Positions 1 to 10,000 of a stretch of 64,000 nt of DNA are shown here, piece after piece; within the stretch, counting starts at the first letter, position 1, and every line of letters starts with the position of its first letter. The stretch lies in NCBI GenBank assembly GCA_963707635.1, contig OY970173.1, positions 2,603,663-2,667,662 of the forward strand, read 5' to 3'. This DNA is from Candidatus Latescibacterota bacterium (GTDB taxonomy: Bacteria; Krumholzibacteriota; Krumholzibacteriia; WVZY01; JAKEHA01). Below the pieces are notes generated by a model. That model did no database searches and was not told the DNA's origin. It saw only the letters and a list, made by a program, of their open reading frames with translations. The position numbers were made by a program, and so were the translations under genes.

Positions 1-308
1 GAACGCGACGGCGAACACCAGATCTCGACATTGAAGTTGGTCAGCCGAAGGCCTTCGGCGGCCAGAGCGTCGATGCGCGGCGTCGCCACCATGCGGGGGC
101 CGCCGTAGCAGGCGATTTCACCGTAGCCGAGGTTATCCGCGAGGAGGATGACGATGTCGGGCTTGCCCCGGATGGCGCCGACGTTCGCTGGTCGCGGTAC
201 CGCTTCGCCATCGCCCGTCACCGACGCCGCGGGAACCGGGGTACGCGCAGACCGTACCCACATGGCGACGAAGAAAATGACGAGTGCCGCCAGCGCGGCT
301 GGTAGCAT
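1..308 (-). CDS. sulfatase (arylsulfatase family), N-terminal portion; gene continues beyond window start
   Basis: Reverse-strand translation from ATG (comp. 306-308): MLPAALAALVIFFVAMWVRSARTP (signal peptide) ... PDIVILLADNLGYGEIACYGG...TPRIDALAAEGLRLTNFNVEIWCSPSR containing the sulfatase C-x-P-x-R formylglycine motif. Not in ORF track because no stop inside window. Confidence 0.8.
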   Translation of the reverse strand, partial: MLPAALAALVIFFVAMWVRSARTPVPAASVTGDGEAVPRPANVGAIRGKPDIVILLADNLGYGEIACYGGPRMVATPRIDALAAEGLRLTNFNVEIWCSPSR

Positions 309-693
309 CCAGCGGCGCCGGCCGCTTGCGCTCGCCGCGGGCGGCGACCGGCTAAGATCCTCGGGTGATTCGAGTGCGACGCGTGGGGGGCGGGAGGGCA
401 TGAAAAGTGACTCCGGCCAGGACGGTTACGGACTGCTATCCGCGCCGCCCATCGGCTGTTTCGCGCTCCTTCAGGTTGGGTGCGTGCAGGCCGGTCGTCG
501 GGAACCAGTGGAAGAACAGCCGACGGTGCAGGCGTTCGACCGGGGAAGCATAGCCGCGCGCGTGACGAATCGTCAACTGTCGGGTTACTTTGAGAATCTG
601 TTCACATCACCATTGGCTCCTGCCAGCACGTCGTGAGAGCATGTGCGCGACTGGCGTGCACCAAACGGAACAATGGAAAGAGGAAGGGAACCC

Positions 694-1693
694 ATGTGGC
701 CTGAAATGATCTGCCCCGAGGACGGTCAGCCGCTGACCCTTGCGCGCGAGGAATTGACATGCCCGCGGGGCCATGAATGGGGCGTGCACGCAGGAATCCC
801 GCGGATGATTCCCCGGAAGGAGAACTACGCCGACGCGTTCGGTCTGCAGTGGAAGGTCTATCGCAAGGTGCAGTTGGATTCGTTCACGGGGACCACGCTG
901 TCGCTGGATCGCGCGCGGCGCTGTCTGGGTGGCGCGGGTTGGGACCTGCTCCGCGCTGGCGCCCAGGTCCTCGAGGTCGGCTGCGGGGCCGGGCGGTTCA
1001 CGGAGGTCCTCCTCGGAGCCGGTGCTTCGGTCACATCGGTCGACTTGAGTTCCGCGGTGGAGGCCAACCAGGACAATTTTCCGCAGGATCGACGCCACCG
1101 GATTCTTCAGGCCGACGTGCTTCGCCTTCCCTTCGCCCCGCAGCAGTACGACGTCGTGTTCTGCCTCGGCGTGATCCAGCATACGCCGGATCCTGAAAAG
1201 ACGATCGAGAAACTATACCAACAGGTGAAACCCGGCGGCTGGGTCGTCAGTCGACCACTACACGTACCGGCTCTCGCATTTCACCAAGTCCGCGCCGCTG
1301 TTTCGACTGGTGCTTCGCCGCCTGCCGCCAGAGGAAGGGCTCAAGCACACGGAGCGTCTGGTGCGAACGTTCCTCCCTTGGCATCGCGCCGTGCGCAATA
1401 GCCGAAGCGCTCAGGCACTGGTGAGCCGGGTGTCGCCCGTGTTGTCCTACTACCATGCGCTTCCGCTCGACGACGAACTCCAGCGCCAGTGGGCGCTCCT
1501 CGACACACACGACTCGCTCACGGATTGGTACAAGCATTTCCGCACCCGGGGGCAGATCCGAACCACCCTCGAGAGGCTCGGCGCCAGAGAGATCTGGTGC
1601 GAATACGGTGGCAACGGCGTCGAAGCGCGCGGCCGCCGGCCAGGGGGTCATGACACCCACCGCATCTCACCCAATCTGTGCACTGCCGTTTAG
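694..1693 (+). CDS. class I SAM-dependent methyltransferase with N-terminal Trm112-like zinc ribbon; apparent +1 frameshift near 1245-1255 (pseudogene or sequencing error)
   Basis: Frame 1 (643/694..1401) gives CPEDGQPL...CPRGHEW zinc ribbon, LEVGCGAGRFT SAM motif I, ...KPGGWVV then nonsense tail; frame 2 (from 1229, track ORF 1310..1693) continues sensibly VDHYTYRLSHFTKSAPLFRLVLRRLPPE...IWCEYGGNG to stop 1693. RBS-like GAGGAAGGGAA precedes ATG 694. Confidence 0.55.
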
Positions 1694-1926
1694 AGTAGGA
1701 GAGCGGACGGATCGCCTGAGTCACCGGGGCCGGGCACTCGCAAATCGGGCCTCGGCCGCGTTCTGTGTTTGGCAGTCGTACATGAACGTGGTAAACTACC
1801 CCCAACTCGGACCACGTCGGCGGTGGAGACAGACTGGGACCGGGAGTGGAACGAGGTGCTGTTAGACCTCTACGCGTTTATCGGAGCAGTTTAAGGGCAT
1901 TGCCACGATTTGACCCGGAGGTCATC

Positions 1927-2844
1927 ATGAATTTTCGTTACCGTACGTTTGGAGCCATTGCACTGACTGTACTGATCGGGCTGTCGTCCCTCGTGCAGGC
2001 GGCCACCGACACACCGTCGCTTAGCCTGGGGATGAGCGGGCACGGCAAGCAAGCGCTTACCGTCACGGCCGGACCCAGCGGTCTGCCGGATGGCTTCACC
2101 CTGTGGTGGATGGACGCGGCGCAGTTCGCAGCGAGCGGGGGCGCGTGGCCCAGCGACGTCGTTCCGGAACAAGGCTTCGCAGCGTTTTCCGGCGCACCGA
2201 CGCTGAATACGTTCGGTGGGACCCAGACCACGTTCAAGCTGGGGCCGAACCAGAGTATCGTGATTGAAGTGGGCGACCTCACCGACGAAACCGGCGTGGC
2301 GGGCGAGCTGGGTGAACTCGACTACGGAATGACGTATCACTTCGTGGCCTTCGCTCGCGATGCAGACGGTAACGCGGCGAGCGGCTTGAGCGTGACCGTC
2401 ACCGACGCGACGACCTCCAGCACCAATTGCACGTACACGTGGGGATACTGGAGAAACCACGTGGAGATGTGGCCGGGTCTGCCGGGCGGGGTGCTCATGC
2501 TCGGGTCGGTGGCCTACACGCAGGCTCAGCTCCTGGCCATCTTCGATGAGCCGGTAGCCGGCAACGGTCTCATCAGTCTCGCGCACCAGTTGATCGCAGC
2601 GAAGCTCAATATCCTCGCCGGTGCAAATCCGGCCGCGGCGGCGGCGACGATCGCGGCGGCGGACGCTCAGATCGGCTCGCTGGTCATCCCGCCGGTCGGC
2701 GCGGGATACATCCACCCGAGCCTCACGAGTTCCAAGACGCAAAGCCTCGACGACTACAACAATGGTCTGACCGGACCCGGCCACTGCGCCACGATCCCGG
2801 TCAACCAGGCCACGTGGGGCACGGTCAAGGCCCTGTATCGGTAG
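1927..2844 (+). CDS. secreted hypothetical protein (signal peptide; FN3-like N-domain; conserved C-domain with TYTWGYWRNH...QLIAAKLN motif)
   Basis: In-frame ATG 1927 preceded by GGAGG; N-terminus MNFRYRTFGAIALTVLIGLSSLVQAA is a signal peptide; upstream part of track ORF (1846) is non-protein-like. Confidence 0.65.
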   Translation: MNFRYRTFGAIALTVLIGLSSLVQAATDTPSLSLGMSGHGKQALTVTAGPSGLPDGFTLWWMDAAQFAASGGAWPSDVVPEQGFAAFSGAPTLNTFGGTQTTFKLGPNQSIVIEVGDLTDETGVAGELGELDYGMTYHFVAFARDADGNAASGLSVTVTDATTSSTNCTYTWGYWRNHVEMWPGLPGGVLMLGSVAYTQAQLLAIFDEPVAGNGLISLAHQLIAAKLNILAGANPAAAAATIAAADAQIGSLVIPPVGAGYIHPSLTSSKTQSLDDYNNGLTGPGHCATIPVNQATWGTVKALYR

Positions 2845-2872
2845 GAATTGAGTCGCACGAGTCAGGTTGAAA

Positions 2873-2906
2873 GAGCCCGTCGCTGAAGCGGCGGGCTTTT
2901 TCTTTT
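2873..2906 (+). terminator. rho-independent terminator after 1927..2844
   Basis: GCCCGUCGC-UGAA-GCGGCGGGC hairpin (one G-U pair) followed by UUUUUCUUUU, 30 nt after TAG stop; lies inside the spurious 5' extension of track ORF 2867. Confidence 0.7.
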
Positions 2907-2911
2907 CCACT

Positions 2912-3859
2912 ATGGCACCAGCTTCGCGCACAGACACACGGCCGGACAGCCGGCGGCGATTGTCCCTGGGAATCTGGAAACTGATCGACCCCAAGATCTC
3001 CCTGGCATCCATTGCCTCGCTGGTGCTGGGAACGCTCGCCGCCGCTCGCGATGGGTCCCTCGCCTACGGCTGGCTCGCCGTCACGGTCGTTGCCATCCTC
3101 GCCATCGAAGCGGCGAAGAACGCATCGGGTGACATCATCGATTTCGATTCCGGGGTCGACGTGGACGTCCGGCCGGAGGAGCGCAGCCCGTTCTCGGGCG
3201 GCAAGCGGGTGATCGTCGACGGGCTGCTGACCCGGCGCGACACAACGATCGTGGCGGCCGACTGCTATGCGGCCGGAATCGCCGGCGGCGTCGCCATCGC
3301 GCTCCTGCGCGAGCCGCGCGTGTGGCTCCCGGGGCTCATCGGAGTCGCGTGCGCGTTCTTCTATCACGCTCCTCCGCTTCGGCTCTCGTACCGCGGCTTC
3401 GGTGAAGCGGCCGTGGCCGCGTGCTACGGGCCGCTGGTCGCGTGCGGCGCCTACCTCGTCCAGCGCGGGAGCGTGCACGGGCCGGTCGTTCCCCTGTCGA
3501 TTCTCCTGGGCGTGTTGATCGCGGCGTTTCTGTGGGTGAACGAGTTCCCCGACCGGCGCGCGGACGCCGCGGCGGGAAAGCGGACCCTGGTGGTGCGGCT
3601 GGGGGCCCGCCGGGCGGCGGTGGTGTTCACGTGGCTGGAGGCGTTGCCGTTCGTGGTGCTGGCCGCGCTTCCGTTCTTCGGTGCTCCGCCGGGCGTGCTC
3701 GCGGGGCTGGCCGGCGCGTGGCCCGCTCGCCGCGCGTCGCGCGCGCTCTCCCGCGCAGGGGACGACGTCGCGCGGATCGTTCCCGCGCAGGTGGATGCAC
3801 TTCGCGCCTTCGCTCTGTTCGCGCTCGGGGCAGGACTGGGACTCCTGCTCCTGCCGTAG
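2912..3859 (+). CDS. menA: UbiA-family prenyltransferase, MenA-like (1,4-dihydroxy-2-naphthoate polyprenyltransferase)
   Basis: Multi-TM protein with NASGDIIDFD (NxxxDxxxD) and WVNEFPDRRADAAAGKRTLVVRLG motifs typical of MenA/UbiA; start moved to ATG 2912 just after the terminator. Confidence 0.6.
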   Translation: MAPASRTDTRPDSRRRLSLGIWKLIDPKISLASIASLVLGTLAAARDGSLAYGWLAVTVVAILAIEAAKNASGDIIDFDSGVDVDVRPEERSPFSGGKRVIVDGLLTRRDTTIVAADCYAAGIAGGVAIALLREPRVWLPGLIGVACAFFYHAPPLRLSYRGFGEAAVAACYGPLVACGAYLVQRGSVHGPVVPLSILLGVLIAAFLWVNEFPDRRADAAAGKRTLVVRLGARRAAVVFTWLEALPFVVLAALPFFGAPPGVLAGLAGAWPARRASRALSRAGDDVARIVPAQVDALRAFALFALGAGLGLLLLP

Positions 3860-3862
3860 CGC

Positions 3863-4984
3863 TCACTTCAGCACGACCATCTTCCGCGACAACGAACGTT
3901 CGCCGGCGGTGAGCACGCAGAAGTACGTGCCCGACGCGACGCGTTCGCCGTTCTCCCCGGTGCCGTCCCAGGTCGCGAAGTGCCGCCCCTGCGAGAGATC
4001 GCCCTCGACCACCGTCGCCACGCGCGAGCCGCGCACGTCGTGGATGCGCACCACGACGCGCGCCGGCGCGGGGAGGGTGAACGGAATGGTCGTCGAGGGA
4101 TTGAACGGGTTCGGCGAATTCTGCCCGAGCGATAACACGGCCACGGGCGTGCTCACGGTGGCGGGCAACGAGGCTACCTCGTCGCCGCTCTCCTTGACCG
4201 CGGCGATCAGGTAGGTGTACCTCGTTCCCGCCCGGGTCGTGCGATCGACGTACGATGCCGCTTCCACCGGGAGCAAATCGACGAGTCGAATCGGCACCGC
4301 GTCGCCCTCGCCGCGGTAGACGCGCACCCCGCGCACGATTTCGTCCGTCTCGATTCGCCACGACAGCTCCACGCCGTCGTCGCGGACGCGCGCGTCGAAG
4401 GAGCTGATCAGCACCGACACCACCACGATCAGAACCGACCGTTCGCTCGAGTAGGCGCTCATCACGCCCAGGTGGTTGCGGGTGCGAACCGCGAAGTAGT
4501 ATGTGCCGGCCGCGAGCTGGCAGACGTCGTGCGTGCTCGCCGCGCCGGCGTCGACGGTGTACTCGTACTGCGCGGCCTGCCCGCCCGCCACCGAGAACCT
4601 CCCGTAGCTCACCGAATAGCCGACCACGGAGGGGTCGCCGCTCGGGAGCCAGGTCGCGCGCGCGCAACCCGGGGCCGGGCTCGCGAGCGCCGAGAACAAC
4701 GGTGGCGGGGGCGGCTGCAGATTCCCGGCCTCCGCAATCACCAGCACGTCGCCGGTGGTGAGGTCCGCGTCGAATACCGCCGACGCCGCGGAGGACGAAG
4801 CGGCGCTGGCAACCAACGTCCCGTTTCGCTGCACGTCGTACTGTTTCGCGGGTGTCAGGTTGAACAGGCGTACGGTGGTCGGACGGGCCAGCGCGCGCGA
4901 CGGGCCGATTGCGAGCAACGCGACGGTCAAAAGCGCCGCCGCGCGAGCGAATGACTTCGCTCCGTTGCCATCCAAACGATGCAT
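3863..4984 (-). CDS. secreted protein with FN3-like domain and C-terminal T9SS type-A/FlgD-Ig-like sorting domain
   Basis: ATG at comp. 4982-4984 with AAGGAG 8 nt upstream; signal peptide MHRLDGNGAKSFARAAALLTVALLAIGPSRALA; C-terminus ...SPNPFNPSTTIPFTLP...VRIHDVRGSRV...GTYFCVL...RKMVVLK. Confidence 0.75.
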   Translation of the reverse strand: MHRLDGNGAKSFARAAALLTVALLAIGPSRALARPTTVRLFNLTPAKQYDVQRNGTLVASAASSSAASAVFDADLTTGDVLVIAEAGNLQPPPPPLFSALASPAPGCARATWLPSGDPSVVGYSVSYGRFSVAGGQAAQYEYTVDAGAASTHDVCQLAAGTYYFAVRTRNHLGVMSAYSSERSVLIVVVSVLISSFDARVRDDGVELSWRIETDEIVRGVRVYRGEGDAVPIRLVDLLPVEAASYVDRTTRAGTRYTYLIAAVKESGDEVASLPATVSTPVAVLSLGQNSPNPFNPSTTIPFTLPAPARVVVRIHDVRGSRVATVVEGDLSQGRHFATWDGTGENGERVASGTYFCVLTAGERSLSRKMVVLK

Positions 4985-5234
4985 GAGCGTACTCCTTCGG
5001 TCCCGGCGCGCGCGGTCGCCGATGGGCGCGGCCCCGCGCTCGCACCGGAGGACATGCGAGCCATGGCGATGCAGATCGGGTTTTGTGGCGTCCTTATCAG
5101 CAATTTTCGTGTCGCCGGCGCGGGTGGGTTCGCGAGAGTGGCGCAGCGTGGCACAGACGGGCCGTCGAGCGCGAACGGTGGCGCGGGGGGAGCACGGCGC
5201 GCGGCGAACGCATGAGAACGTGTGTGCCGCCGGG

Positions 5235-5263
5235 TTGCGCGCGGGACCAATTGCGGCTATCAT
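5235..5263 (+). promoter_or_regulatory. candidate sigma70 promoter for 5274 gene (near-leaderless)
   Basis: TTGCGC-N17-TATCAT ending 10 nt before ATG 5274. Confidence 0.35.
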
Positions 5264-5273
5264 TCACCGCGAC

Positions 5274-6218
5274 ATGCCGACATGGACACGAATGCGAACG
5301 CGATCGACGCTCGTCGGCACGACTCGCTCGGTCGCGGCGCTCGCGGGTATCGCGACCTGCGCGTTTGCGATCGCGCAAATGGCATCGTCCCCCCGGTCCG
5401 CGGTCGCGCAGGTCCCCGGTGTCGCGTCGGCGCCCGAGCCGGTTCGCGCCGAGCTGGTGGCCGACGCGGCGTCCATCCAGCCCGGGAAGCAGTTCCGCCT
5501 CGCCGTTCGCCTCGTTATGAGCGACGGGTGGCACGTGAACTGGATCAATCCCGGCGACGCCGGGCTGGCGCCCTCGGTCGCGTGGCGGCTCCCGAAGGGT
5601 TTCCGGGTCGGGCTGATCGAGTGGCCGCTGCCTCGCCGGTTCGAGACCGGTTCGCTGGTGATCTTCGGGTACGGCGAGGACGTGCTGCTGTCGGTGGACG
5701 TCGACGCCCCCGCCACGCTCGAGACCGGTACGTCGGCCGAGCTGATCGCGGAGGTGTCGTGGCTCGCGTGCGCGGAGGCGTGTGTGCCCGGGACGGCAAC
5801 GGTGTCGCTGCAGCTGCCGGTGGAAGCGGCGTCGCGCCCGAGCCCGGAATGGAAATCGCGGATCGACGAGTCCCGCGAGCGGTGTCCGGTCCAGCCGGCG
5901 GATTGGAGCGTGGATGCGCGCGTCCGCGACGACGCCACGCTGCTCTTCGATCTGCAGACGGCGGCCGAGAAGACGCCCGCACTCGACGGCGTGTTCTTCT
6001 TTCCGTTCGATCAGGGTCTGATCGAGAACGCGTCGGCGCAGACTTTGGCCGCGATGCCGGGCCCCTACGGGCGCGTCGCGTACCAGCTGCGCATCGAGCG
6101 GGCGCGAATCGGCGTGGAACTTCCGAAGCGACTTACGGGTATTCTGGTGTGCGAAAGTGGCTGGACCGCCGGAGCCGGCCCGCAGGCCATCACGATCGAT
6201 GTGCCCCTCGGTTATTGA
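5274..6218 (+). CDS. DsbD N-terminal (alpha) domain-containing protein, thiol:disulfide interchange family
   Basis: Signal peptide MPTWTRMRTRSTLVGTTRSVAALAGIATCAFA; core ...GWHVNWINPGDAGLAPSVAWRLPKGF...IEWPLP...FGYGEDVLL... and LACAEACVPG cysteine pair resemble DsbD-alpha/DsbC-like domain (PF11412). 5' part of track ORF 4755 is arginine-rich noise. Confidence 0.6.
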   Translation: MPTWTRMRTRSTLVGTTRSVAALAGIATCAFAIAQMASSPRSAVAQVPGVASAPEPVRAELVADAASIQPGKQFRLAVRLVMSDGWHVNWINPGDAGLAPSVAWRLPKGFRVGLIEWPLPRRFETGSLVIFGYGEDVLLSVDVDAPATLETGTSAELIAEVSWLACAEACVPGTATVSLQLPVEAASRPSPEWKSRIDESRERCPVQPADWSVDARVRDDATLLFDLQTAAEKTPALDGVFFFPFDQGLIENASAQTLAAMPGPYGRVAYQLRIERARIGVELPKRLTGILVCESGWTAGAGPQAITIDVPLGY

Positions 6219-6277
6219 CAGCGCCCCGAACGTTCGATTCAGCAGACCATACCGAATTCAACCTGGGAGGATCCTCG

Positions 6278-6919
6278 ATGTTTCGTTCAATCACCCGCAT
6301 TGCACTGCTCGTCGCCGTCGCGGCGCTGGCGGCGGCTGCCGCTGCGGACACGACTACTGACCCGAAAGCCGCCACCGCCGCTCTGGACCAGAAGGCGCCG
6401 GATTTTTCCCTCGCCGGCATCGACGGCAAGACCTATCGGCTTTCGGACTGCAAGGGAAAGTACGTGGTGCTCGAGTGGAACAACCTCGACTGTCCGTTCG
6501 TGAAGAAGTTCTACGGTGCCGGCGCGATGCAGGCGCTCCAGAAGCAGTACGTCGAGAAGGGCGTCGTGTGGCTTACGATCTGCTCGTCGGCGCCCGGCAA
6601 GCAGGGGTTCTATGAACCCGACCAGCTCAAGACGATGGCCGCGGAGAGGAAGCTGGCGTCGACCGCGTATCTACGCGACGTGGACGGCGCCGTGGGCCAT
6701 GCGTACGGTGCCAAGACGACACCCCACATGTTCGTGATCAGTCCCGAGGGCGTGCTCATCTACGCCGGAGCAATCGACGACAAGCCGTCGACGAACCCGG
6801 ACGACCTCAAGGGTGCGACGAACTACGTCCAGGCCAGCCTGAACGAGGCCATCGCCGGCGAGAAGATCGCGGTGAAGTCGACCGCGTCCTACGGCTGCAG
6901 CGTCAAGTACGCCAACTGA
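6278..6919 (+). CDS. thioredoxin-fold redoxin family protein (secreted)
   Basis: ATG 6278 with GGGAGG 7 nt upstream; signal peptide MFRSITRIALLVAVAALAAAAAA; redoxin-like LEWNNLDCPFVKKFYG...; classic pairing with the preceding DsbD-alpha gene. Confidence 0.65.
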   Translation: MFRSITRIALLVAVAALAAAAAADTTTDPKAATAALDQKAPDFSLAGIDGKTYRLSDCKGKYVVLEWNNLDCPFVKKFYGAGAMQALQKQYVEKGVVWLTICSSAPGKQGFYEPDQLKTMAAERKLASTAYLRDVDGAVGHAYGAKTTPHMFVISPEGVLIYAGAIDDKPSTNPDDLKGATNYVQASLNEAIAGEKIAVKSTASYGCSVKYAN

Positions 6920-6933
6920 ACCGAGTTACTCAG

Positions 6934-6973
6934 GGCGGGCGCCGAAGGGCGCCCGCCGCCCGCACCGATTTCC
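6934..6973 (+). terminator. GC-rich hairpin, probable terminator after redoxin gene
   Basis: Perfect 10-bp stem GGCGGGCGCC-GAAG-GGCGCCCGCC 15 nt after stop; weak U-tract (GAUUUCC). Confidence 0.4.
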
Positions 6974-6992
6974 CCGGCCGCGGCCCAATGGG

Positions 6993-7022
6993 TTGACACA
7001 ACCCTTTGTAATCCCGTACAGT
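6993..7022 (+). promoter_or_regulatory. candidate sigma70 promoter for the 1571-aa peptidase gene
   Basis: Perfect -35 TTGACA, 18-nt spacer, -10 TACAGT, about 38 nt upstream of ATG 7061. Confidence 0.45.
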
Positions 7023-7060
7023 TACCGCTGCGGGCCGGCTCAGGAACCGGCCCCGATCCG

Positions 7061-10000
7061 ATGCGCAAGACCGTACTGACCCTGCTTCTCGTCTCGATCA
7101 TCGCGGTGCCGCTCTGGATCTCGGGGCACACGGCATCGGTTCGTATCGAGGTCGATGTCCCGACGAGCCCGGGAGACTTTTCCGTCACGGCCGCCGGAAG
7201 GTATACCTCCGTCTCGCCCGTCCCATCCGCCTCCGGATCATTTTTCACCGTTAACGACGTAGGCCGCCCCTCCATCCCGGCGCGCATCGTTTACGTCGCG
7301 TTACCCGACGGCAGGAGTTTCGCCAGCGTCATCGCATCGGCCGAGGGAACCAGCACGCTGGCTCGCGGCGTCGAACTCGCCGTGGCCGCGCCGCCGGCGC
7401 CGGCGCCCGACCTGCCCGCGCCCGGCGTCGCAGTCGCCCAGGATGCACTCGCGCCATACCTCGCGGGCGCGGAATTTCCGTCCGAGCTGGTTCGCTACCT
7501 GGGAAGCGGGACCTGGCACGGCTACACCGTCGCCAGCTTCGCGGTATTTCCGCTGCAAGTGGTGGAAGGCGATCTGGTGCTGCACGCCGACGTCCGGCTC
7601 TCGATCGACACGGAGCCCGCTGCCGGGCCCGGCGCCGAGCGGGCGCTGCGGATGAGCAGCGCGCGCGCGCGCGACATCGAAACGCGGCTGCGCGGTTTGA
7701 TCGCCAACGACGAGGCGCTCGCCACGTATCCTCCCATCCCTCACGACGAACACCGCGGGCCATTCGGCGCGTCGGTTGCGCCCTCGCTCGAAGGCAGCCC
7801 GGTCGACTGCATCATCGTCGCCCCCGCCGCGCTGGCCGCCCCGTTCGACGCGCTGGCGGACTGGAAGACGGCCAAGGGCGTTCCCACCGTCGTCCGCACG
7901 GTCGAGTGGATCGAAGCCAACTACCCTCGCGGGATCGATCGCGCGGAGACCATTCGCTTTTTTCTCCAGGACGCCTACACCAAGTGGGGTGTCCAGTGGG
8001 TGCTCCTGGTGGGTGACACACCCGAGATTCCCCCGCGCTACCTCTACACGGCCTATTACTACGGCGGCACGCTGGTCCCCGCGGACCTCTATTTTGCCTG
8101 CCTCGACGGTTCCTTCAACGCCGACGGTGACACGCGCTTCGGCGAGCAGCCGGCCGACCAGCCCGACCTGTACGCCGAATTGAGCGTGGGACGGCTGCCG
8201 GTGTCAACCCTGGCCGACGCGGCGAATGTGGTCTCGAAGATCATGAGCTACGAGACGCCGCTCGACACCGAGTACGTCGACAAGACGCTGTTCCTGGCGG
8301 AGGTGCTCTTCCCGGCGCCGTGGTCGCCGCCCGCGCCCATCCAACTCAACGGCGGCGACATGGCGGAGTTCGTGCGCATCCGGCACGTGCAGAGCCCCTC
8401 GCGCCGCGTCACCCGGCTCTACGAGACCCCGGCCCTGTTCGCCGGCTCGCTGCCGGAATCGCGCTCCATCGCGATCGATTCGCTCAACGCGGGCTACGAT
8501 TTCGTCTTTCACGTCGGCCACGGTTATCGCTTCAACATGCACTGCGCGGATGAAAACATCGCCATTCCCGACGCGGACGCGCTCTACCACCCGAACCGCT
8601 TCTTCAACCTCTACATGTCGAATTGCACCGCGGCGGCGTTCAATTTCGACTGTCTCGCCGAGCGCATGCTGCGCAATCCCAACGGCGGCGCGGTGTCGGT
8701 AATCGGCGCCGTAAGCAGCTCGTTCGCCGAGATATCGACCGACTACATGGAAGCCTACGCGGGCGCGGTGTTCGACGGCGCGGACCCGGTCCACATTGGG
8801 GACGCATTTGCCGCCTCGCGTGCGTCGCGCACCGCGCTCGCAATGCTCGACGACAATTCCGACCTCTGGACCCACTACGTGTACACGCTCCTGGGCGACC
8901 CCGAGATGACGCTGTGGACCGGCCCCGTGCGCACGCCGGTCGTGAGCCACCCGGCCAGCCTGGTGGCGGGAACCACCGTGGTCGCGGTGGGCGTGGACGT
9001 CGACGGGCTGCCGCAGGCGAACGCGACCGTCTGCCTCTCGAAAGACGGCGAAGACTATCAGGTCGGAACGACCAACGCGGCGGGACAGGCGTCGTTCGTG
9101 CTTTCGACCCGGACCACGGGACAGGTGCGCGTGGTGGTCACCGGTCGCAACCTCGCCCGCCACGAGAGCGCCATCGCGATCGAGTCGGCGGCAAGCGTGC
9201 TGCTCTCGATCGACGAGGTCCTGATCAACGACAATCGCTTCGAGTTTGGAACCTTCGTAATCGGGGACGGAGTCGTGGACGCGGGCGAGGCCGTCGAGTT
9301 GACGCCGACCGTGCGCAACACCGGCGGCGCGGCGTCCGCACCGGCGGTTGCCACCTTGACGACGACGGCCCCGTTCGTAACGATTGCAAACGCTACCGTC
9401 CCGGTGCGTGTGTTGGCCCCGGGCCAGAGCGTGCTCGCCGACGACTCGTGGCGCGTCCAATTCGCGGCCGACGCGCCCGATGGGGCCCTCGCCAGTTTTT
9501 CGGTCACGATCGCGGGGAATGCGACGTGGAGCGACACGTTCTCGGAGACCGTCCACGCCCCGGCGTTCGCGCTCACCTCCCTGCGCACGTCCGACGCGGC
9601 ACCCGTCGGCAACGGCGACGGCGTCATTTCCAGCGGCGAGCAGTTCTTGCTGTTCGTGACGCTCAAGAACCATGGAACCGGAACGGCAGCCGGGCTGGTC
9701 GCGACACTTTCCGCGCTCGACGCCGGAGCCACGGTATTTTCCGGCCTGGCGCAGGTCGGCGACATCGCCGCGCTGGCCGAGCGCGAGTCGGAGTCGGCGT
9801 TCCGTCTCCTCGAGGCCGACGCGACGGTCCAAAACCACCTGCGGCTGATCGTGACGGATACGTACGGGCACTCCCTCACGCACACGATCGAGCTGCGCAA
9901 ACCTGTCGCCCCGGCCATCCAATCGTTCGACGCGAGCCTCGGGGTCGACAAGATGCTCATCCGATGGAATGCAAGTCCCTCGAGCGACGTCGTCGGTTAC

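Noticed and set aside
148-636. 162-aa ORF on + strand
   Set aside because: It is antisense to the sulfatase N-terminus and the divergent promoter region. Its composition is Ala/Arg/Gly-rich with no motif, which is typical high-GC frame noise.
1730-1780. TTGGCA-N17-TAAACT promoter-like element upstream of 1927 gene
   Set aside because: The -10 is weak and there is no supporting evidence, so it is mentioned only as low-confidence.
5160-5190. TGGCAC hexamer (sigma54 -24-like) upstream of the DsbD-alpha gene
   Set aside because: No TTGC -12 element at the required spacing.
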